Origin: Convolutriloba macropyga
Lineage: Eukaryota
Reading direction: 5' to 3'
DNA length: 64,000 nt
Assembly: GCF_964194025.1 (NCBI RefSeq)
Contig: NC_134477.1
Coordinates: 44,826,001 to 44,890,000 of the forward strand
Shown: one piece after another, positions 13,821 to 25,783 of the stretch
How positions within the stretch are numbered: position 1 is the stretch's first letter
How the letters are laid out: the number at the start of each line of letters is the position of its first letter
Notes under the pieces: generated by a model
What the model was told of the DNA's origin: nothing
What the model saw: only the letters and a program-made list of their open reading frames with translations
Databases searched by the model: none
Made by a program: the position numbers and the translations under genes

Positions 13821-14830
13821 TCTGTACATAGAGGCTTCTTTGTCCAGGACGGTCCGGACATATACATTTTCCATCAGGGAAGGTCAGGACATGCCTACTT
13901 TTGGTGCGGTACCTCAGCCCTGGGTTACACCAATCTGGATTATATAAAATCAATGAAATGGTTAAAACATAATAGAGTGGTCGGCTTCACATCGTTTTCT
14001 GAAAAAGACGTATGCAGTTTGAGTCAACTCGATCGTTCCTTAAAATATGAGGTGACAAGAGTTCAGTAAACATAGGCGTAAAAAATATAGGTGTCTGTAA
14101 GGAGGTCACTATAAGATTTCAGAAAATCTTTTGAATTATTTAGTCGAATTAGTCGTCTCAAAATTGGCAAGGTCTCACACAGTAAAATTGTACTTACACA
14201 GTTGGTAATTACTTTCGAGTATTCTAATCATATTGTAGGATTGGGAAATTCGGTCAACTACACGCTGAGATAGTGTCTCTGCGTCATTGGTTTAACGAAA
14301 TAGGGTTTACCTCTTTTAACATCATCTCAATTGGGCCTAATATCCTGGTTAGCAATACCAAGCTACCATTCAATAGAATTGTGTATGATTCAACTATAAC
14401 ATTGACAAGTCAGTTGCAAATTCAGTCAAGAAATTTGACTTTGAAACGGAGAATTAAAACAAACTCTGTTCGAATTGTGGTGTGGAATTTTTGCATTTCT
14501 GTTCGGAAATGTTTTTACAATTGATAGTCCTCATCTCGTTGTGGAGATCATCAGTCGGTAAGTAACACTTTTCACCAGAATCACTCTCAATCAAGACGAA
14601 ATTAGTCATCAGTTATTTCTTGCTGCTATAAACAAACACTGCATTGTTTATATATGGATGACCAAATTGTTTACAAAGAAAAGAGTACTAGAAAATAATA
14701 CTCAAACAGCGTCCTAAGTTTGACCTTCCAATTAGCATATCAAGTTTCTCCGATAGTTTTTTTTCACTATTGCCAGTAGCAAGAATCGAGTGGGGATCGT
14801 CATGTGACCAGCACCGCATTGGCTCAAATA

Positions 14831-15328
14831 TCCGGGTCGAGGTTTGGTCAAAAAACAATGTAAGAATAGCGGTGAATAGCGATAAAAAAAACTTTTTTCA
14901 CCGCAAAGCGCCCGCCTTTTTTAGCGCTGAATGCGGCGAATTTTTGTAAGATTTGCGGTGTTTAGAGTTAAAATTTTTTTTACTGCTTTCCTTTCAAAAA
15001 AATGCCGTACACGGGTTCGAACCTCTCACATCTGGCAGGTCAACAATTTCTTATTCAACTGCTCCATCTGTCACTTACTTAATTGATAGTTCCTGTGGAT
15101 TTAAGACAAGCGTTGAAATTTGCGGTGAATATTTGTAAGATTTGTGATTTTAGCGGTGAAAAATATTTTTTCACCGCAATCTGCTGGTGAAAAATTTTCT
15201 TTCACCGCTTAGCTAAGTTTTTTTCCGCTGCATTCATCGCATTGAGCGAAAATCTTACACTTTTTAGTCAAATTCACCGCAAATCTTACATCTTTTAGCG
15301 ATTTTTAGCGGTAACAAATCGACCTGGG
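14831..15328. mobile_element. CMC-type MITE (same family as 54419-54981) with an internal A/B-box cassette
   Basis: (T)CCGGGTCGA...TCGACCTGGG termini, GCGGTGAA/TTCACCGC internal repeats, and a shared TACACGGGTTCGAACCTCT core. Confidence 0.75.
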
Positions 15329-15607
15329 TTATGCAACGGTTGTAAATGCAGCAGTTGTTGATTTAATGCAGTATCAAACGGTCGCTATTTTCTCCCAAGC
15401 ATTGGGTAACAATAGCTCGGGTTGGTTTCTTAAAAAATCATATCAAATCACCAGTCTAGTGGCGTTGCCAAAATAACGTGCTCGAAAACGCAGCGTTACA
15501 ATGATCGATATCAACATAACCAAAATTAGAATGAATACTGATAGAAAGACTCTCTGGAAAAATATTTGGTGTTGCAACATTCGCATTTGTGAATACCCTA
15601 GTCGATT

Positions 15608-15775
15608 TAGGATGTTAATCTTGCAAGAATCTTGCAAGATCTTGCAAGATTATGCATAATCTTGCAAGATTTTCTTGCAAGATCTTGCAAGATTAACAAT
15701 TTTTTGCAAGATTTTCTTGCAAGATTAACATCCTCTTGCAAGATCTTGCAAGATTAACAACATATTTTGCAGATT
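15608..15775. repeat. Left subterminal repeats (ATCTTGCAAG)n / GATTAAC
   Basis: Palindromic CTTGCAAG repeated at roughly 10-bp spacing. Confidence 0.9.
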
Positions 15776-16106
15776 TTTTTTCTCTCCTTAACCTATCCTA
15801 AACAAAAAAAGCGCCTAAAAAGCCGCGGAAAACCAATCCTATCCTATTTTAGTAACAAAAAAACGTTCCTATCCTAGACCTAAGTCTTATGAGAAGAAAC
15901 TCAGGAAAGCAGATGAAATTTGAATTTAAAAGAAACAACACAAAAAAAATAAATACATCACATCGAAAAACCAATCTAGCACAAGAAAACAACAGGCAGA
16001 CGACTCCCTTCGCTGATCTTCTTTTCTTCTTTTTTGATTTTTCTTTGAGTTTTTTTTCAAACAATTTTGTTTCTTTTCATTTTCAAGTGACTGTGGTCTC
16101 GTCGTA

Positions 16107-19100
16107 GGGTGTCGTCTCCTCGTCCTCGGGTGTCACCGAATCCTGCAGAAAAAAAACTGAACAACACAGAACAGCAAAGAAATCCCAAGCGCCTAAGCGC
16201 AAGGGTACCCCCCAAACCGAGCCAAAGCACACCAGGGCAAAGCAAAGCCCAGCAGGAAACACCTAAAGCCCGCGCCGAAACCTAAGTGGGGAGGGAAAAG
16301 CGAAACGGAAGCGCAAAAAACCTAGCTCCTAAATCGGCGCGGGCAAAGGAGAGACTTCCCACCCTAACCTAAGCACCCTATGGGCAAAAGCAAAGCCCGG
16401 CAAAGCAACACCTAAGGCCTGCGTCAAAAAGCCTAGATGGGAGGGGGTACAAAGAGCAACGCAAATCCTTAATCCTAAGTGGCACAGGCAAAAAGGGCAA
16501 AGCACGTGCCCAAAACAAAGCAAAGCCTAAGAAGCGCGCAAAAAGCGGAGAGCACTAAGAGTGCCCAAAAACAGGAAAAGGGCGGAACAACACAGCTTAC
16601 CGACAAAAACCGAAGACGCGAAGTCCATGCAGAAGGGGTGACGACTCCACCACCAAAACCAAAGATCGTCTCAACCACCCAGTGCTCCTCGGGTGTCGTC
16701 TCCTCGTCCTCGGGTGTCACCGAATCCTGCAGAAAAAGAGAAAACTGAACAACACAGAACAGCAAAGAAATCCCAAGCGCCTAAGCGCAAGGGTACCCCC
16801 CAAACCGAGCCAAAGCACACCAGGGCAAAGCAAAGCCCAGCAAGAAACACCTAAAGCCCGCGCCGAAACCTAAGGGGGGAGGGAAAAGCGAAACGGAAGC
16901 GCAAAAAACCTAGCTCCTAAATCTGCGCGGGCAAAGGAGAGACCACCCACCCTAACCTAAGCACACTATGGGCAAAAGCAAAGCCCGGCAAAGCAACACC
17001 TAAGGCATGCGCCAAAAAGCCTAGATGGGAGGCGGTACAAAGAGCAACGCAAAACCTTAATCCTAAGTGGCGCAGGCAAAAATGGGCAAAGCACGTGCCC
17101 AAAACAAAGCAAAGCCTAAGCAGCGCGCAAAAAGCGGAGAGCCCTAAGAGTGCCCGAAAACAGGAAAAAGGGGGGGGGGAACGACACAGCTCACCGACCA
17201 AACCGAAGACGCGAAGTCCATGCAGAAGGGGTGACGACTCCACCACCAACACCAAAGGTCGTCTCCACCACCCAGGGCTCCTCGGGTGTCGTCTCCTCGT
17301 CCTCGGGTGTCACTGAATCCTGCAGAAAAAGAGAAAACTGAACAACACAGAACAGCAAAGAAATCCCAAGCGCCTAAGCGCAAGGGTACCCCCCCAAACC
17401 GAGCCAAAGCACACCAGGGCAAAGCAAAGCCCAGCAAGAAACACCTAAAGCCCGCGCCGAAACCTAAGGGGGGAGGGAAAAGCGAAACGGTAGCACAAAA
17501 AACCTAGCTCCTAAATCTGCGCGGGCAAAGGAGAGACCACCCACCCTAACCTAAGCACACTATGGGCAAAAGCAAAGCCCGTCAAAGCAAGACCTAAGGC
17601 CAGCGCCAAAAAGCCTAGATGGGAGGCGGTACAAAGAGCAACGCAAAACCTTAATCCTAAGTGGCGCAGGCAAAAAGGGGCAAAGCACGTGCCCAAAACA
17701 AAGCAAAGCCTAAGCAGCGCGCAAAAAGCGGAGAGCCCTAAGAGTGCCCGAAAACAGGAAAAAGGGGGGGGACGACACAGCTCACCGACCAAACCGAAGA
17801 CGCGAAGTCCATGCAGAAGGGGTGACGACTCCACCACCAACACCAAAGGTCGTCTCCACCACCCAGGGCTCCTCGGGTGTCGTCTCCTCGTCCTCGGGTG
17901 TCACTGAATCCTGCAGAAAAAGAGAAAACTGAACAACACAGAACAGCAAAGAAATCCCAAGCGCCTAAGCGCAAGGGTACCCCCCCAAACCGAGCCAAAG
18001 CACACCAGGGCAAAGCAAAGCCCAGCAAGAAACACCTAAAGCCCGCGCTGAAACATAAGTGGGGAGGGAAAAGCGAAACGGAAGCGCGAAAAACCTACCT
18101 CCTAAATCGGCGCAGGCAAAGGAGAGACCTCCCACCCTAACCTAAGCAACCTATGGGCAAAAGCAAAGCCCGGCAAAGCAACACCTAAGGCCTGCGCCAA
18201 AAAGCCTAGATGGGAGGGGATACAAAGAGCAACGCAAAACCTTAATCCTAAGTGGCGCAGGCAAAAAGGGCAAAGCACGTGCCCAAAACAAAGCAAAGCC
18301 TAAGCAGCGCGCAAAAAGCGGAGAGCACTAAGAGTGCCCGAAAACAGGCAAAGAGGGAACGACACAGCTTACCGACCAAACCGAAGACGCGAAGTCCATG
18401 CAGAAGGGGTGACGACTCCACCACCAACACCAAAGGTCGTCTCCACCACCCAGGGCTCCTCGGGTGTCCTCTCCTCGTCCTCGGGTGTCACCGAATCCTG
18501 CAGAAAAAGAGAAAACTGAACAACACAGAACAGCAAAGAAATCCAAAGCGCCTAAGCGCAAGGCTACCCCCCCAAACCGAGCCAAAGCACACCAGGGCAA
18601 AGCAAAGCCCAGCAAGAAACACCTAAAGCCCGCGCCGAAACCTAAGTGGGGAGGGAAAAGCGAAACGGAAGCGCAAAAAACCTAGCTCCTAAATCGGCGC
18701 GGGCAAAGGAGAGACCTCCCACCCTAACCTAAGCACCCTATGGGCAAAAGCAAAGCCCGGCAAAGCAACACCTAAGGCCTGCGACAAAAAGCCTAGATGG
18801 GAGGGGGTACAAAGAGCAACGCAAAACCTTAATCCTAAGTGGCGCAGGCAAAAAGGGCAAAGCACGTGCCCACAAAGCAAAGCCTAAGCAGCGCAAAAAA
18901 AAGCTGCGGCAGAACTTACCAAACAGAAGTGAAGAATCCCTCGTGCCCACCAGCCAGCCCCCAAACTGGACCTCACAAGGCCCTCCTCGTGTTGTCTCCT
19001 CGTCCTCGGGTGTCACCGAATCCTGCAGAAAAAGAGAAAACTGAACAACACAGAACAGCAAAGAAATCCCAAGCGCCTAAGCACAAGGGTACCCCCCAAA

Positions 19101-19510
19101 CTGAGCCAGAGCACACCAGGGCAAAGCAAAGCCCAGCCAGAAACACCTAAAGCCCGCGCCGGAACCTAAGTGGGGAGGGAAAAGCGAAACGGAAGCGCAA
19201 AAAACCTAGCTCCTAAATCGGCGCGGGCAAAGGAGAGACCACCCACCCTAACCTTAGCACACTATGGGCAAAAGCAAAGCCCGGCAAAGCAACACTTAAG
19301 GCCTGCGCCAAAAACCTTAGATGGGAGGGGGTACAAAGAGCAACGCAAAACCTTAATCCTACGTGGCGCAAGCAAAAAGGGGCAAAGCACGTGCCCAAAA
19401 CAAAGCAAAGCCTAAGCATCGCGCAAAAAGCGGAGGGCACTAAGAGTACCCGAAAACAGGAAAAGTAGGAACGACACAGCTTACCGCCCAAACCGAAGAC
19501 GCGACGTCCA
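16107..19510. repeat. ~590-bp tandem satellite, about 6 units
   Basis: Marker GGGTGTCGTCTCCTCGTCCTCGGG at 16107, 16691, 17284, 17875, 18462 and a variant near 18989. The ORF track shows the same repeated spurious ORFs. Confidence 0.95.
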
Positions 19511-19637
19511 TAAAGAAGACATCGACTTTTTTGTATACTTAGGGTGGTCGGTCTCCGCCTCATAGAATTTCCTTCACCAATTCGTGTACATAAACATGAA
19601 AAACAAAAGCAGCAAGAGTCAATTTCTTTTTTAAAGT

Positions 19638-19669
19638 AATCTATGTGTCCCTGCCAGATCACACAGATT
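19638..19669 (-). promoter_or_regulatory. Conserved-core hairpin HP1
   Basis: AATCTATGTG-TCCCTGCCAGAT-CACACAGATT; the single A.C mismatch is G.U on the minus strand. Confidence 0.65.
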
Positions 19670-19995
19670 GTTATTATCGTTTTTTTTTCAACACCGTATT
19701 GCATTTTAAAAGTTTGAAAACTTGCGCAAGAACATTTCTGCAAATTTACGTGATATCAATGCTGCAGCACAACTTTTATCATTGAGACTTTATGATCATC
19801 TCTTGTCATTCTCATTGGATAAATTTGAAGAGCACTTCGGCAAAAAAATGGCTTAACATTTTTCAACTTAAGATTTTTTTATTGCATAATTTAAAATATT
19901 TTCTGTACCTAATGTTTTGTACCAACTTTTGGAAAAACTTGAGTACTTGTCGTTTGCATTTATCTGCAGCTAAAAAATTTCAATTGTCAGTATCT

Positions 19996-20017
19996 ATGTG
20001 TCCCTGTCAGAGCACAT
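19996..20017 (-). promoter_or_regulatory. Conserved-core hairpin HP2
   Basis: ATGTG-TCCCTGTCAGAG-CACAT. Confidence 0.7.
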
Positions 20018-20482
20018 TTTTAATTTAAAAATTGCAGTTGGTTTTTTCCTACCGTGCTCAAAACCAGCATGCTCTTCGAAACAATATTTGAGAAAGAAGG
20101 AGAATTTTCAATTTTCGTTCATTAAAGTACGCTCTGTAATAAGACCAAATTAATTTTTGGGTAGTTATTTTATGTTTCGAATTAAACATTTATTTTTGCT
20201 TTTTACTGAGTTTTTAACTGTTTTCATTTTTTGCTTTCTTCTTGAAAACAATTTTAGGAACAGAAGGATTGAAAGAGAAACAAGCTTTTTTTGTTTTATT
20301 TTTTTTCTGTCAACTATTTTTTCTTTGTTTTTTACAAAAACTTTTATTATAGGACAACAAGAATTTTGAAAAATGTTGGTTCAAGAAACTGAATTGTTAA
20401 GATCTAGCATGCATTCCGAGAGAGCACCTAATCAATCAACAACCAATTTCTTACGTTAACATAACTTTTCAGAACATGAACA

Positions 20483-21046
20483 CTAGGGGTGAACTTCAAA
20501 TCTGGTGGTCAATATACTGAGGAACAGAGCGAGCACTCGCTTTTTGCCGTCCTCATTCAAATGCGCCAAATCATATGGAATGTTTTCTTTAAGAAAATGA
20601 ATGGGCCTCACATAACGAGGACCAACGTAATCAGTTTGCATAAAGTTTTGAAGAAAAATATTAGTCTGTTGTATGGGCTCGTATTCCGTATCTGGCCGAT
20701 TTAAAAGACCGACAAATTTAACTTCGACAGAATTTTCTTGTAGTCTCTTTGCGAAGCCACACAGCCTAGCAGCAGTTTATAAAGGAGTTTCAGGGGTCAG
20801 CAAAGGTTTGTTAGGGTGTTGTGAGATGTCATTGTCTCCTAATAGAAGTATGCAATGGGTGAAATTGGCACAAAACACTACTTCTTCGCCGTTCAAAAAG
20901 GCAGCTCGGAAACCGGGTCTGCAATGAAGAGTGATTTTATAGGGCCGGAGAACAACATCATTTTCAAGTTCGTTTTGAATCCTCACCAGGTTGCTGTCCC
21001 CGACTATAACGATTGAAGGACTAAAACACGCTTCGATTGAATACAT
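20483..21046 (-). pseudogene. SGNH/GDSL hydrolase (~187 aa, one in-frame TAA at 20777-20779)
   Basis: Block I IVIVGDSNL, block II RPG, block III LLLGDND. Read-through of the stop gives ...KFVGLLNRPD...YDLAHLNEDGKKRVL (block V DxxH), ending at TAG 20483. Confidence 0.8.
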
Positions 21047-21054
21047 TTTTTTCC

Positions 21055-21080
21055 CAAGCTGTCCCTGACAGCGCAGCTTG
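21055..21080 (-). promoter_or_regulatory. Conserved-core hairpin HP3
   Basis: CAAGCTG-TCCCTGACAGCG-CAGCTTG, between the transposase stop and the SGNH start. Confidence 0.7.
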
Positions 21081-21158
21081 ATTTATTATGATTAATTAAA
21101 CGCAAATTACGTACAGAAGCTTTCATTCAATAACAAAACAAAAAAAAGTTTCTTCATC

Positions 21159-23135
21159 TCAATTATGCTCGAATCCTTCTCTTATGACACTCACGATGAG
21201 AAAATTTTGCTCAACAAAAACTACAGTCTTGTGCTTTAAGTTACAAGTGGGAACCATTTCCATAGACCCTAAACCAAAAAGTTCGTATATTAGGCCAAAA
21301 TTATCAGAAGTACCAGTCAAATTTAAATCGCGGGCACTAGTAGCAGGTCTACCAACAGCATATGACACATCAGAAATTGAACAGTACGTACTAACACGAA
21401 AGAAACGACCGTCGCTTAATGGAATTACGCATTCTCCCAAGTTATTGTTAAGTCTGGAATAGGATAGCGAGCCAAAACATTGACCACTTTTATTGATAAA
21501 CCTAGAAAAAAAGAGGAAATATTCTTATTATCGCAAAAACGTAGAGTCTCGTTGTCTACCGTTGTCAGCCACTTGAGATATTTTTCAGCTTGATTATTAG
21601 TAGTGCAATTAATCGCAGCTTGGTGCTTAATAAACTGTTTAACTATAGCCTCTGGTTCTTTAATTGTCCCTTGAACAGCACTTAGAAGGTTGTGATTTGC
21701 AGACTCAAAACAAAAGGCCGAAAAAAGCCAAAGGCGTCCGTTGCGCCTAACCTGTTCACATAAGTGTCGCATTGTATGAAAGTTGAATGACTGCGAATCC
21801 ACTCCGTAAAGTTCTGAAAAATTACTGAAAAAAAGAGTTATGAGCTCATCTGCTGACTTATTGTGAGCTTCGGTTGCCGTTTGTTCAGAGAGCAGTCTCA
21901 TGGCTGTGCTGAGCACGCAGAAGCTTTTATACAAAACCCTACGGACGGGAATTTTTCTAAAAACAAGAGGTCCCACATGAAAAAAAAACAATTTGAGATC
22001 GAAAGCTTTCCAGAACTTGATCTCATCTAAAGACTTTATTCGGTGCAAAATATCGAAAGGTACTTTAATTTGCATCATTAAATTATTTGCTTCCTTCAAT
22101 TTTGACTTAGCTAAAGATACAAGCACTTTCGTCAAAACTTTACCTGTACCCAGAAAAACTTGGTGCATTGGATCAATTGGACAATCCCAAGGTAAATCTA
22201 AGATACTATTGAGGGGGGTTGAAGACTTAATGCCACATTTGATATCGCTCAGCTGCCCAACCGCAGGCTTTGAAATGCTCATTTTCGCGAAGTTTGAAGG
22301 GTTTTGTAACGGAAAACAGCATCCTATAATTTTGCCAAAAGCCTTTTATGAAACAATGAGGACATGAAGAGTAGCCGTTAAATTGATTCATACATAAAAC
22401 ACTTGCCGTCGCTGGCATGTCTGCGACAATGGTTCTGATACGAAAACGTATATTTCCTAAACCCTCAATAAGCATAATTGACTCGCACAAAGACTCGATT
22501 TCAAACACAATTAGGGGCAAAAGCTTATCAAAAAGTTGTTTTGATCTTCCATGCCAAAGACCTAGGAGAGAAAGATTTGAAAAAGCACCCCTTAGTCTTG
22601 GGGGCAAATTGAAAACTTGAACCCAAGTCGGCCAAACAGATAGTTTAGATGACTTGAAAGCTGATGCACCGTCTACATTTAAAACTAATTGTACCTCATT
22701 ACTTTTGAAGTTGTCCCATTGAGTAAACCAGGGGTAATCGTCTTGCCAAGACTTCAAAATATAAGTCGAATTTCGGATTAAAATTTTTTCGAGCTGCGTT
22801 TTCAGGTCCACACAAACAAACTTACCACTTTCATACACATTAGATGTAAGGGCTGTTAAAAATGGCATAGAAAGTTTAGCGAAAAGATTATTAGGTACTG
22901 GAAGTGCCTTAGCAAAAAGCTTCAACAAATCATTTTTTGCAATTTTTGGTAGCTTATGCTTATCAGACAAAGCTTCAAAGTCCTTCATGAAGCCTTCAGT
23001 TGAAAGGCTGGCTCCCTCGAACAACTCTGTTCCTTCCTCCTGCACCTGAAAAGCACAAAAGATTTCATTACCGTTATTGAACTGGGTTTGACTGTTTCTT
23101 TCTTCAACATTTTCTGTTTCAAAATTACCTAACAT
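21159..23135 (-). pseudogene. CMC/EnSpm (Transposase_21-like) DDE transposase, frameshifts near 22240 and 21510
   Basis: LVLNVDGASAFKSSKLSVWP, NLPPRLR, ADMPA...FNGYSSCPHC, PIDPMHQVFLG, WKAFDLK, FNFHTMRHL, SAFCFES motifs across three ORF pieces. Confidence 0.9.
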
Positions 23136-23489
23136 TATAGGAGTACCAAAAACGTCCGAAAGAGTTTGATCTTGAGGCGGCTGCGGAGAAACAGAAAAAC
23201 CTCTCGGAGACGAACTTGTGATCGGGTCGCAGCGAACAGGTGTACTTTTTTTTGGGGCTCAGGGATTGATCAATTTTCCTAAAAAACTGTTATTGCTCAA
23301 GTAAGATTCTCGATCAACATTTGAAGAACTCAAATTTTCGTATAGCGCGCGTCTAGGGGGCAGTTTTTCAAGTACAATTCTTCTTATTGGAGTTTCGGGA
23401 ATAGACGATTCTAAAGAGGAGAAACTTGGTGTCGTAATTAACTGTTCGGTTATTTTTTTGCGTTTTCTTACCGGCTCGGGATCGTTTGG

Positions 23490-24116
23490 ACAAGGGTCAC
23501 CATGCTCGCTTTTGTAGGGGCAGAGACAATTGATGTTAAACTTGCCAAAATAATGACGATTTTAAAAAACAGTTAATTCATCGCCCGTGCTAATATTCTT
23601 TGTGGCAACGCAAACCACTAATCTACCTTTTTGTCTGTATTCGACGTTCGACCTACAGGAAGCATTAACGAAAGAAATTGGACCTAGCATAAGCCATTGC
23701 TCATCTCTCATTTTACTGAAAAAAACTGACACCTCATTAAAACCTGGTATTATCTCCGCATCAGTAATTTCTGCCAGAAATCCTATGACACCATTTACTA
23801 CTTCACCTTTTTGAATATCAGATTTCGTATACAGACCTAATTGAACGTAGTCCTCATTTGGTAAGTAACTTACAGTTTTGTATTCAACCGAGAGCATACT
23901 TTTGTCGTACTCGTCGTCAAGGAACTTATGCACTGAGGTGATGTCGTTGTGTACTTCCCCACCCTCGATGAGAATCTTATGCGATGAAACAGTTTCTGTG
24001 TCCACCCACTTAGAAGTTAGTTGTTGATCAATTCTAGCTAGCTGTTTCCACGTCATAATGGACTTGGAAAAGTTTTTGGAGGCTGTGAAATAGTAATTCA
24101 ACAATCCCTGTGCCAT
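23490..24116 (-). pseudogene. SET-domain lysine methyltransferase, Suv4-20/KMT5-like, in frame with the transposase
   Basis: LGLYTKSDIQKGEVV...LMLGPISFVNASCRSNVEY...ATKNISTGDELTVF*NRHYFGKFNINCLC. The stop occupies the conserved Tyr position and is followed by a post-SET-like FG..N..CxC. Confidence 0.82.
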
Positions 24117-24298
24117 GAATCTTAAAAAGCATAGTTAAATTAGTCAGATAAGCTAGAATTTTATTGGGAGAGGGATAAAACAATTTTTCCTGAGATTCTT
24201 TAAAGCCTCATGACATTAAAAAATATTACGAAAATTCAATTAGATTGACATTATATTTTGAAACAAGAGGAGTAACTTAGCCAAAAAAGAAACTTTAT

Positions 24299-24320
24299 TA
24301 GCGTCCCTGTCAGAGCGCCA
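24299..24320 (-). promoter_or_regulatory. Conserved-core hairpin HP4
   Basis: TAGCG-TCCCTGTCAGAG-CGCCA; the A.C mismatch is G.U on the minus strand. Confidence 0.6.
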
Positions 24321-24349
24321 TTTATTTTCTCGTTTCTTAACAACCTAAA

Positions 24350-25211
24350 ATCAGTTTCGTAATTCAGATCATTTTTCATGCATCATCTTTGCTTTAGCCG
24401 AACCGTTGCTTTCTTTCATGAGTGCCGTACGCATTGGCAGCATCCTTTACACGTCTCAGGGCATAGAGGCTGTCCCCACAGAACCGTCTGACTGCTTCTA
24501 AAATTTATGTCGTAGGTAAAAAAAATTAAAAACTCCGAAAAAAAACTGAAGTTCGAAAAATTTCAACCTCGAAAATAACTTTCATCTTCCTCAGAGGCTG
24601 GTTCGCGTCCGTCCCTGACCGATCTTTGTGCAAACCAGCAAGTTATTTTTCGTTCCTCTTTTGATAGGATGCACCTCGTTAAAAACCTGCCGTACCCTGA
24701 GTTGTCATCGCTTGCACCACTGTAGGCCAAGAGATTTCGATTTTTATACATCAGCCGATTATTCGAGTTTTTCCGTTGTTTTTGACTCTGTTTAACGTTC
24801 TATGACAAAAAAGATTAATTTTAGTTTTAAACGTAACCAACTACGGTCAGCTTAATTGCTCTCAAGCGACAGGTTTCAAGCAAAAGGGTTTGTGGCCGGA
24901 TATCCAGTAGAGGGGTGCACACGGGGATTGCTTTATCAATTGCTCATAAAGTTCGATCGTTCACGCAAAACATCAGTCCAGGAAAAAAAGCACAAAAAGA
25001 ACAACAGGGCTAATATAATTGCTACAAACTTTGTTTGAAAGCAATTTAAAGAAGAACTTACAATTTTTCTCAATGATTTTTCAGCCCAAAGCAAAAAGTT
25101 GACTGCATCCACCTGAGCCATGTCTAATTGTGTTAGTGCCTCTTCAATTCTCTTAAGAACATTGACGGCGTTTCCATTCGGGCGAAACCTGGGTTGGTTT
25201 TGACCAGGCAT
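24350..25211 (-). CDS. Probable multi-exon cargo gene of unknown function
   Basis: ATG ORF 25211-24936 with a GTAAGT donor near 25060, pyrimidine-rich AG acceptors near 24800 and 24498, and coding-like piece 24751-24563. Exon structure is inferred. Confidence 0.35.
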
Positions 25212-25682
25212 TTTTCAACTTTTCAATTTATTCTGAAATCACATTTTGAGCAAACATAAATTCCTCTATAGACACGCACGACAAATTCAGTTGCCTTCAC
25301 TTTTGATCGAGAGCTGTTAAAAACGTTCGCCAAGCTATTATTTTATTAATGCGCGAGATGAATCATGCAAAAAATTCAAACGATAATTAAGTGGCCTCTC
25401 AAATATTGAATGAAGCATACATCAGAACAATAGGAAAGTTGGCCGCAAAACAAGTAGGTCATATTTGTATTATAGCCCCAAAATCAAAATGAATACTAGC
25501 CCCATGAGAAAAGTTTTTGTACTTTTGTCCAATGGCACGCAGCAATTGAATAAAACAGCACAAATATGAGAGCTCAAATCTTCAGTTATAAAACACGAAA
25601 TCAAAAGAACTGGCATCAAAATAGAACAAAAGAAAAAAATCCAGAAAGCCTTTTCGTTTTCAAAAGCAAGCCGTTTTTTAAA

Positions 25683-25714
25683 TGTTCTTGTGTCCCTGAC
25701 AGAGCACAAGCACA
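25683..25714 (-). promoter_or_regulatory. Conserved-core hairpin HP5
   Basis: CTTGTG-TCCCTGACAGAG-CACAAG, extendable by TGT/ACA after one mismatch. Confidence 0.7.
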
Positions 25715-25783
25715 CGTATTTCATTGTAACAGCTTTTAAGCGTCCTCTTGACTAGAATCAGTTTCAGGATTACGATTTTCGTT

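Noticed and set aside
16057-19743. Many Lys/Ala/Pro-rich ORFs resembling histone H1 tails
   Set aside because: They recur with the 590-bp period in several frames on both strands and are by-products of the satellite.
24470-24625. Extra hairpin-core-like sites GTCCCCACAGAA and GTCCCTGACCGAT
   Set aside because: Degenerate cores with no flanking stems.
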